The notes beneath the pieces were generated by a model. That model had not been told where the DNA came from, ran no database searches, and saw only the letters and a list, made by a program, of their open reading frames with translations. Made by a program: the position numbers and the translations under genes. Below, piece by piece: positions 9,263-17,061 of a DNA stretch of 17,061 bases; positions within the stretch are counted from its first letter, which is position 1; each line of letters opens with the position of its first letter. Source of the stretch: Octopus sinensis (lineage: Eukaryota); NCBI RefSeq assembly GCF_006345805.1, contig NW_021824930.1, forward strand, positions 1-17,061, in the 5' to 3' direction.

Positions 9263-9309
9263 CCACACATTGTTGCTCCCGAACGACCAGAAACGTGGTT
9301 GGTTATTGT

Positions 9310-9482
9310 CAACATTATCGTGTTGGTTGTTAAAATTGGCTCATAACGTTCCGATTTCAAATTCTGCCGAGGACAACATTACCTTTCATCCTTTCAGGGT
9401 CGATAAACAAAGTAGCAATCAAGTACTGGGGACTACCTACTCAACCAAACTTTCAGGCCTTCTGCCTATAGTAGAAAGGATT
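9310..9482 (+). mobile_element. Diverged tRNA-derived SINE, family 2 (Octopus OK-like)
   Basis: TTCAAATTCTGCCGAGG..CCTTTCATCCTTTCAGGGTCGATAAA..TTTCAGGCCTT..GTAGAAAGGATT, colinear with 9614-9830. Confidence 0.75.
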
Positions 9483-9610
9483 CTTCTTCTTCTTCTTCTT
9501 CTTCTTCTTTCTTCTTCTATTCTTCTTCTTGCTTCTTTCTCTTCTTCTTCTTCTTCTTCTTCTCTTCTTATTCTTCTTCTTCTTCTTCTATGATTATTAT
9601 TATTATTATT
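9480..9610. repeat. (TTC)n followed by (ATT)n microsatellite
   Basis: Read directly from the sequence; it begins at the SINE 3' end. Confidence 0.95.
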
Positions 9611-9613
9611 GAG

Positions 9614-9855
9614 AGCGGCGAGCAGGCAGAATCGTTGGCACGCAGGGCGAAATGCTTAGCGGCATTTCGCAGTCTTTATGTTCTGAGTTCAAATTCCGCC
9701 GCGGTCGACTTTGTCGTTCATCCTTTCGAGGTCGATAAATTAAGTACCAGTAAAACACTGGGGTTGATGTAATCGATTAGTCCCCTCCCCGAATATTTCA
9801 GGCCTTGTGCCTGCAGTAGAAAGGATTATTGCTGTTGCTGTTGTTGTTGTTGTTA
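9614..9855 (+). mobile_element. Full-length family-2 SINE (OK-like) with a (TTG)n tail
   Basis: GCGGCGAGCAGGCAGAATCGTTGGCACG head, GAGTTCAAATTCC B-box, central GTCGACTTTG..TTCATCCTTTCGAGGTCGATAAATTAAGTACCAG (resembles the conserved Meta-type SINE domain, from memory), and tail GTAGAAAGGATTATT. Confidence 0.9.
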
Positions 9856-10904
9856 TTTCGTTTGATCCATTGGAAGGGGTCCATGTCCATAGCGGGTCCT
9901 TTGAGAGGGCGAGATTGAAACGATTCACATTCCTCTCGAATAACCGCGTGAGGAAGAGTGCAGAGAATTATGAATCTGGTTGTTAGGGACAGAATTTTCA
10001 ATAAGTTAACGGACTTAGGGGGAAGAACTAGACGAAGGGATTTGGGCGAATAACAACATTGAGGATCCTTTGTTGACAGATGTGCAGCTTCAGAGTACCA
10101 CATTCCATCCGTGACCGACTTGTTGTATATTTTTTCCACTTGTATTTACTATTACATTAAGTTACGTTTTTAAGGGTTTGCTTATTGTTTGATTGTGTTG
10201 TTTTAGCCCCAGCTCACTACTGAACGGGTATACCGATGATCAAAACCATTCTTATTTCAAGTGTACTACATCTAGAAGCACTTTATCAAGTTTCTCTGGT
10301 TCCCTGTCTTGTTGCTGTTGTATAACCCAAGGTCAACACTGACCAAGCAGACCTTTGATCCACCCGACTTTGAATAGTAATCTAGGACTATGCTTTTTTT
10401 TTTTTTTGTAAGACAGTGGGATTTGATCTGAAAGTGATTTTGGTTATTATTTCTAAAGGTCGAGTGACCGCAAAAAAGTGCCAAAATAAGTGTTAGACAT
10501 AGATCTATCGTTGCAATGCGCATAATACTTGTTATTTTAATCGATTAGAAAAGCTGTCACACATCAATCGTTTCATTGAATACATAAATGTCTTATTTAT
10601 ATAACCATCTTTCAGGATATGAGCAATCTATTCAATATGAAGACAAATATTTTTGTAACTGAAAATTCCTCTCTATATATTGATGGAAATGTCGGCAAGA
10701 ACTCAGCAATTGCGATCTTTTGTTTACAATTGTAAAAAATCTGTAATTACATATTATATTTGCTGTACTTCTCCGAAAGACAAATTACACCTTCAGGGTC
10801 AATTAATACAGGTAGGACGTTATATAATGGACTAATCGATCTAATAATTGTTATCTTTTAATCGCCGGATATATTTGGATAAGAAAGTAATTATTTATTT
10901 ATTG

Positions 10905-11854
10905 CCTACATGGGGTTAAACACAGAGAGGACAAACAAGGACAAAGGGATTAAGTCGATTACATCGACCCCAGTGCGCAAATGGTGCTTCTTTAATCGAC
11001 CCCGAAAGGATGAAGGCCAAAGTCGACCTCGGCGGAATTTGAACTCCGAACTTAACAGCAGACGAAATACCTATTTCTTTACTACCCACAAGGGGCTAAA
11101 CACAGAGGGAACAAACAAGGACAGAGAAACGGATTAAGTAGATTGTATGGACCCCAGTGCGTAACTGGTACTTAATTTATCGACCCCGAAAGGATGAAAG
11201 GCAAAGTTGACCTCGGCGGAATTTGAACTCAGAACGTAGTGGCAGACGAAATACCTATTCCTTTACTACACACAAGGGGCTAAACACAGAAGGGACAAAC
11301 AAGGACAGACAAAAGGATTAAGTCGATTACATCGACCCCAGTGCGCAAATGGTGCTTCTTTAATCGACCCCGAAAGGATGAAAGCCAAAGTCGACCTCGG
11401 TGGAATTTGAACTCAGAACGTAACAGCAGACGAAATACCTATTTCTTTACTATCCACAAGGGGCTAAACACAGAAGGGACAAACAAGGACAGACAAACGG
11501 ATTAAGTCGATTATATCGACGCCAGTACGTAACTGGTACTTAATTTATCGACCCCGAAAGGATGAAAGGCAAAGTTGACCTTGGCGGAATTTGAACTCAG
11601 AACGTAACAGCAGACGAAATACCTATTTCTTTATTACCCACAAGGGGCTAAACACAGGGAGGACAAACAAGGACAGACAAACGGATTAAGTCGATTAGAT
11701 CGACCCCAGTGTGTAACTGGTACTTAATTTATCGACCCCGAAAGGCTGAAAAGCAAAGTCGACCTCGGTGGAATTTGAACTCAGAACGTAGCGGCAGACG
11801 AAATACCGCTAGGCATTTTGCCCGGCGTGCTAACGATTCTGCCAGCTCACCACC
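10905..11854 (-). mobile_element. Head-to-tail array of five family-2 SINE units (180-184 bp period)
   Basis: TAAACACAG recurs near 10917, 11097, 11281, 11465 and 11649. Only the unit ending at 11854 has the complete head (reverse complement GGTGGTGAGCTGGCAGAATCGTTAGCACGCCGGGC). The other four start at GGTATTTCGTCTGC. Confidence 0.95.
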
Positions 11855-12080
11855 CTTGCATAAGAAAGTAATGTACATTTCTCGGCCTCTTTCTGTCAGA
11901 TAAAACTGAAGACATGAAAACAATCACATGTTTTCGCTCGTGAGGAGAGGAAATATTAAATTTCTGTGCATATTAACGAGCAGATTATTGCGTGACGTAT
12001 TTTGTGACATTTTCTCAGCAACCGGGCGAAGAAGCGGTACATCTGGCCTGGTATTTCGATGCGTTTTTGAATATTTTCCG

Positions 12081-12471
12081 TTTATCTTTTATCTTTTATC
12101 TTTTGCTTGTTTCAGTCATGACTGCGGCCATGCTGGGGCACTGCCTAGAAACTTTTGTCGAACGTATCAGGAATTAGTTTTATAAAGTCTGAGATTATTT
12201 CTATCGGTCTGTTTGGCCGAACCGCTCGGTTACCGGGATGTAAGCACACCAGCACTAGTTGTCAAGCGGTGTTGGGGGGACAAACAGACAGAAAGACACA
12301 CATATATATATATACGACGTGGTTCTTTCAGTTTCTGTCTGCCAAATTCACTCACAAGGATTCGGTCGGCCCAGGGCTATAGTAGAAGACACTTGCCCAA
12401 GGTTCTACGCAGTGGGACAAAACCCGGAACCATGTGGCTGGGAAGCAATCTTCTTACCATACAGCCACGCC
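12081..12471 (-). mobile_element. Full-length family-1 SINE
   Basis: Reverse complement of the family-1 head (GGCGTGGCTGTATGGTAAG), core (GGGCAAGTGTCTTCTACTATAGCCC) and tail (GCCCCAGCATGGCCGCAGTC..TGAAACAAGCAAAAGATAAAAG). Confidence 0.9.
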
Positions 12472-12599
12472 AGCTGGTGTACTATTCTCAATGTGATATG
12501 CTTCAATATTTCAATCGTTCCCAGAACTGATGAAACCAAACAAAGACTAACGATTCTAGAAGCTTCACCTTTGAAATAGAAAATAGACGCTCTGTTTTG

Positions 12600-12764
12600 T
12601 GCTTTGAGCACTCACACACACGTGCACACACGCACATACTCACACACGCAGGCTGGCACACAGTCATCTACATATATACAGACATAAACAAAAGCATATC
12701 TTCAAATTCATTGGCATATATGAAGGTACACACACACACAAAAACACACACACACACGCACAAA

Positions 12765-12812
<48 letters not shown>

Positions 12813-12936
12813 GTGCTTATCTACGTAAGCATATGTGCGTACATACGTGCTTATGTACGTAAGCATATAACATACACACACCTAAACACAAACATCTGTA
12901 CATAGATATACAGACACACTTATACATACATATATG
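12600..12936. repeat. Imperfect (CA)n-rich microsatellite field
   Basis: Read directly from the sequence. Confidence 0.9.
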
Positions 12937-13080
12937 CGAGGTCGACTTTGTCTTTCATCCTTTCGGGGTCGATAAATAAAGTACCAGTTTCGCACTGGGG
13001 TCGATGTAATCGACTTAATCTGTTTGTCTGTCCTTGTTTGTCCCCTCTATGTTTAGCCCCTTGTGGGCAGTAAAGAAATA
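12937..13080 (+). mobile_element. 5'-truncated family-2 SINE unit, same subtype as the array
   Basis: CGAGGTCGACTTTGTCTTTCATCCTTTCGGGGTCGATAAA...TTTAGCCCCTTGTGGGCAGTAAAGAAATA, the reverse complement of the array unit. Confidence 0.92.
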
Positions 13081-13209
13081 TATACATACATATATGCACA
13101 TACACACAGACACACATACATATATTAACTTAAACACTAACATATGTGTGTGTGTGTGTGTGCGCTTGTGTGTGCTTGTGTGTATGTGTATGAGTATCTA
13201 TCTATCTAC

Positions 13210-13286
<77 letters not shown>

Positions 13287-13308
13287 ACTTCTCTCTCTCT
13301 CTCTCTAT

Positions 13309-13352
<44 letters not shown>

Positions 13353-13353
13353 C

Positions 13354-13384
<31 letters not shown>

Positions 13385-13480
13385 CTCATACACACACATA
13401 CACACAAGCACACACAACCACACACACACATACACACACACACACATACACGTTTAGATACACACTTTCACACTTAAACA
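13081..13480. repeat. Compound microsatellite (CA, TG, TATC, TC, TA, GATA)
   Basis: Read directly from the sequence. Confidence 0.95.
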
Positions 13481-13599
13481 TCTGTTACACTTAAAGCAGT
13501 GAAGTGTTTTTTTCTGACATTACCAAACTTCACCTCATCCAACGATACAGCAATAAAAAAAAATAAGAGCGATGAGCGCTGATGCACTTTTAGAAGAGG

Positions 13600-13645
13600 T
13601 CACCTTCTCTTCCTCTCTCTCTTCCTTTTCTCTCTCTCTCTCTCT

Positions 13646-13686
<41 letters not shown>

Positions 13687-13703
13687 TATCTATATATATA
13701 ATA

Positions 13704-13749
<46 letters not shown>

Positions 13750-13755
13750 TACATT

Positions 13756-13801
<46 letters not shown>

Positions 13802-13809
13802 TATATTTA

Positions 13810-13856
<47 letters not shown>

Positions 13857-13860
13857 ATGC
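13600..13860. repeat. (CT)n followed by a long (TA)n microsatellite
   Basis: Read directly from the sequence. Confidence 0.95.
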
Positions 13861-13862
13861 AT

Positions 13863-14351
13863 ATCTTTTACCTCTTATTTGTTTCAGTTATTAGACTGCG
13901 GTCATACTGGGGCACCTCCCAAAAAGATTTCTTTGTCGAATGAATTGACCTCATTACCTAATTTATTTTTTTAAGGCCCGGTAATTATTCTGTCGGCTTC
14001 TTTTTGCCGAAACGATAAATTACGGGGCATAAACACCCCAACACCGGTTTCAAGTGGTGGTGGGGGATAAATACACGCACGCACGCACACACACACATAC
14101 ATACACACACGCATATAAGCATTACACGTATACGTACGCACACGCACACACTCACATACACACGCACACGCACATAAGCATTACACGCACATATACGCAC
14201 ACGGACACACACATATATATATACAAAATCGCTTACATGGCTTTGGTGGGCACAATGCAATGGTAGAAGACACTCCTATCAAGGTGCCACGCGGTTGGAT
14301 AGAACCCAGAACCATGTGGCTGCGAAGGAAAATTCCTACCACGCAGCCACT
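13863..14351 (-). mobile_element. Diverged family-1 SINE with an expanded internal CA-rich microsatellite
   Basis: Tail TTGTTTCAGT..GACTGCGGTCATACTGGGGCACC near 13878-13917; head GTAGAAGACAC..GGTGCCACGC..GAACCCAGAACCATGTGG..CCACGCAGCCACT near 14263-14351. Confidence 0.8.
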
Positions 14352-14715
14352 CATCTTGGGGCTGAAAATCTCACAGTAAATTCCGCTCGAACGAAACGGC
14401 CATGCTGGAGTGGCTACGAATATCACTTGCATGTACAACAACTGCGTCTGTCTCTTAGACAGATTTTAGAACTAGAGTTTTACTTGTTGCAAAATCAGCG
14501 TCTGTGTGTCGCTTGAATTTATATATATATATATTGTGATCAGAAGCGAGCTGCTGGCATGGGCCCGGGAACAGGGGGTGCAGCGGTTGCACTTGCACCC
14601 CCTAAAATTTGTGGACTGCAAAATTCAATATTGCACGCCCTACTTACCATTCCCAAGCTTAGAAAAAAAAAGAACAAAGAACTAAAATAAATGAAAAGAA
14701 CACCACCAAATCATA

Positions 14716-15130
14716 GTGCAGGAGTGGCTGTGTGGTAAGTAGCTTGCTTACCAACCACATGGTCCCGGGTTCAGTCCCACCGCGTAGCACGTAGGGCAAG
14801 TGTCTTCTACTATAGCCTCGGGTCGACCAAAGCCTTGTGAGTGGATTTGGTAGACGGAAACTTAAAGAAGCCTGTCGTACATATGTATATATATATATAT
14901 ATATGTTGTGTGTGTGTGTGTGTTGTCCCCCACCCCCACCCCAACATCGCTTGACAATCGATGCTGATGTGTTTACGTCAACGTAACTTAGCGATTCGGC
15001 AAAAATGACCGATAGAATAAGTACCAGGTTTACAAAGAATAAGCCCTGGGCTCGATTTGTCCGACTATAAAGGTGGTGCTCCAGCATGGCCGCAGTCAAA
15101 TGACTGAAACAAGTAAAAGAGTAAAAGAGT
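14716..15130 (+). mobile_element. Full-length family-1 SINE
   Basis: GTGCAGGAGTGGCTGTGTGGTAAGTAGCTTGC head through to the GTAAAAGAGTAAAAGAG tail; colinear with 8215-8646. Confidence 0.92.
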
Positions 15131-15232
15131 ACTGAACTAAAACATCCTCAACATTAAACAATTAAACACACACACACACACACATATAAAATAAAATACA
15201 AAATGGGACAAAAACATCCGGACAACTAAGTG

Positions 15233-15442
15233 ATACAAAAGGGGACAACAAAACATCCAGAAAGACGATACAAAAATACAAGGACGGGTCATTCGAAGCC
15301 TTTTATCTTCAGTCAAGAACCGGATCATCCCTTGCAATTTCGGCTGGATGATCCGTTCTTGACTGAAGATAAAAGGCTTTGAATGACCCGTCCTTGTATT
15401 TTTGTATCGTCTATCTGGATGTTTTGTTGTCCCCTTTTGTAT
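15233..15442. repeat. Near-perfect long palindrome (98/97-bp arms, 15-nt spacer)
   Basis: Arms 15233-15330 and 15346-15442 differ by 2 substitutions and a 1-nt indel. The spacer is CTTGCAATTTCGGCT. Confidence 0.97.
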
Positions 15443-15444
15443 TC

Positions 15445-15489
<45 letters not shown>

Positions 15490-15649
15490 CGGCGCACGTA
15501 CACTTTGTTCTCTTATATGTAAGTATATATATATATATATTACTTCTCCTGACTGGTGTTTCTTTCTCCCCGTTGTAGCTGGAACAAGGGAGACATGTTC
15601 TTGTTTGTCTCCTGTCCTAGCTCGATTTACATATTCCCCACCACAGCCG

Positions 15650-15953
15650 CGCTTAGGCTTAGCAGCCCTTCCTGTTTGTTTTCACTGTCCTGTTTGTGTT
15701 ACCAATTTTGACCGTCCGCTAAATCCCAAATTTTATTTAATTTGCTTTGCGGGAGCAACTGTTTCATCGAAAGCGTTTATTGTTGTTAAATGCTCGAAAT
15801 ACAAGACTAGAAAAAACAGCCAACAATTGATGAAGGGTCGTTCTTTATGTTGTTTGCTTTGTTTTCCATTTGTGTCTTTCGTTGTTTAAAAGAATAGTTC
15901 ATGTTCCATGTACTCGTACTTCGTATTTTTTGTTGTACACGTTTCGTAACGTC
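15650..15953 (-). mobile_element. Second copy of the 2967-3300 repeat family
   Basis: Reverse complement is colinear with 2975-3280, with an exact 15-mer at 15829-15843. Confidence 0.75.
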
Positions 15954-15966
15954 TTGTGCTCACATA

Positions 15967-15997
<31 letters not shown>

Positions 15998-16200
15998 CGC
16001 AAGTAAGAAAATGGAGGAGAACAATAGGTGGTTCATCAACTTTTGGACATTAAAATTTTTACTTTATTTATTAAACTGATAATTATAATAATATACATAC
16101 ATATAGCATATTATTCTTTGCATATAAGATATAAGATATAAAATATAGTAATATATAAGGATACCAGTAATTATAAAAAACATGAATATAAATTGGGAAA

Positions 16201-16328
16201 ATAACTTACACCTGTTTCAGCCCATAGATAAAAATACTTCATTCTGCCTTTATTACTCAAGTGGATTGAGGTACTAGGTAGATGGCCATGAGGTACTTGT
16301 ATATATCTCTAGGCTTCGTCAGATATAT
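16201..16328 (-). ncRNA. Type-I hammerhead-ribozyme-like motif with intact catalytic core and a 73-nt loop in stem II
   Basis: Minus strand: CUGACGA (16322-16316). Stem II is AGCCUAGAGAUA (16315-16304) paired with UAUCUAUGGGCU (16230-16219), 11 of 12 positions pairing. Then GAAA (16218-16215), ACAGGUGU stem III, and cleavage triplet GUA (A at 16207). Stem I is weak (4 of 6 positions pair). Confidence 0.6.
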
Positions 16329-16379
16329 ACATTATATATATATATATTATATATATATTATATATAATAATATATATAG

Positions 16380-16650
16380 TTACTCCACCCATGAACAAAG
16401 AGGAAACACAACAACGCGAGGATGTGGAACAAGTATAGTATTATTGGATGCTCAGGAAAGGAAAGAAAGAAGGAGGATTTAACATTTCGAACGGAGCTCT
16501 TTGTCAGAAACATAGAAAAAGGAAAGGTCCAAGGAAGGGAAGACGGAGAAAGAAAATCTCCAACGATACACACGCGGTCACATATTGAAATGACCGGAAG
16601 GGAATGGGTGAAAAAAAATTCTTTCAAAGACAGGAAAGTGCAAGAGAAGG
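16380..16650 (-). mobile_element. PLE-like terminal repeat (pLTR) fragment
   Basis: Pyrimidine-rich minus strand containing a minimal hammerhead motif and ending in a TA microsatellite. Boundaries approximate. Confidence 0.55.
16477..16511 (-). ncRNA. Decayed minimal type-I hammerhead motif of PLE type
   Basis: Minus strand GUUU-CUGACAA-A-GAG-CUCCG-UUC-GAAA-UG-UU-AAAU. This fits the PLE pattern CUGANGA-A-stemII-GAAACGUH, and stem I GUUU/AAAU pairs. G8 to A and ACGU to AUGU are both CpG-type changes. Confidence 0.6.
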
Positions 16651-16813
16651 AGGTATGTGTGTGTATGTGTGGGTATGTGTGGGTATGTGCGTGTGTGTGT
16701 GTTTGTGTGTGTATAATGATAGCACGTGTGTCTGTGTGTGTGTGGTTGTGGCTGTTTATCTATGTGTGTGGTTGGGCCTAGTATCGTTTAAGGTCATAGG
16801 AAGAAACGAAAGA

Positions 16814-17061
16814 ATGATGGTTTGTTACCAAAAGAGCGAGGAGATAGAGAAGAAAATTTCTAAAATGGAAAGTGCATTAAGAATCAAGCTGGCCGACAAG
16901 GAGAACCAAAGTAAGAAAGCGGTGTTGCTGGAGGATGAAAGGAATGTTCGGAGACAAGATAGATATAACAGCACTTCGATTTCGATACAACGAATTGTCA
17001 TCAGGGATAAGATTCGAGGACTCAATGGAGTTTATGAAATGGAATTGCGAAACCGATACAA
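16814..17061 (+). CDS. Open frame of at least 82 codons running off the window edge; charged, coiled-coil-like; identity unknown (possibly a retroelement ORF N-terminus)
   Basis: MMVCYQKSEEIEKKISKMESALRIKLADKENQSKKAVLLEDERNVRRQDRYNSTSISIQRIVIRDKIRGLNGVYEMELRNRY, with no stop to the window end. The S/L/F-rich track ORF 16825-17025 (-) is its antisense. Confidence 0.4.
   Translation, partial: MMVCYQKSEEIEKKISKMESALRIKLADKENQSKKAVLLEDERNVRRQDRYNSTSISIQRIVIRDKIRGLNGVYEMELRNRY

Noticed and set aside
9270-9772. ORFs with poly-Leu/Ser/Ile
   Set aside because: They derive from (TTC)n/(ATT)n tracts and SINE bodies.
10905-11854. Regular array as a CRISPR-like locus
   Set aside because: Whole 180-184 bp units are homologous with no unique spacers, the context is eukaryotic, and no cas genes are present.
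10910-15099. Numerous 60-146 aa ORFs
   Set aside because: All overlap SINE copies or microsatellites, and the same peptides recur wherever the SINE recurs.
15280-15390. Hammerhead in the palindrome arms (CTGAAGA...GAAT; GCCGAAA in the spacer)
   Set aside because: GAAA is replaced by GAAT, and stem II cannot form adjacent to the core without a 5-nt insertion.
16975-17010. Minus-strand CUGAUGA-CAA-UUCG-UUG-UAUC-GAAA
   Set aside because: The closing stem II pair would be C-C, no stem III/I is evident, and the opposite strand is an open frame.

Overview
AT-rich, repeat-saturated animal nuclear DNA (intergenic or intronic). The SINE families and microsatellite load match my recollection of octopod cephalopod (Octopus) genomes; that assignment is from memory, not a database search. 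No intact host gene is evident, and nearly all ORFs in the track are artefacts of microsatellites or SINEs. The window holds about ten copies or fragments of tRNA-derived SINEs from three families, including a five-unit head-to-tail array. It also holds a decayed GIY-YIG endonuclease of a Penelope-like element (PLE, 3655-4045, +), a degenerate 0.66-0.87 kb tandem triplication interrupted by a TSD-flanked insertion, a 408-bp MITE, a near-perfect 97-bp-arm palindrome, and an open reading frame running off the right edge. The most notable signal is a set of minimal type-I hammerhead-ribozyme-like motifs in PLE-like repeats. Two of them share an unusual design with a long insertion in stem II and a near-palindromic ACA-NN-UGU stem III. 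The one at 16201-16328 (-) keeps all the catalytic core nucleotides but has a weak stem I.
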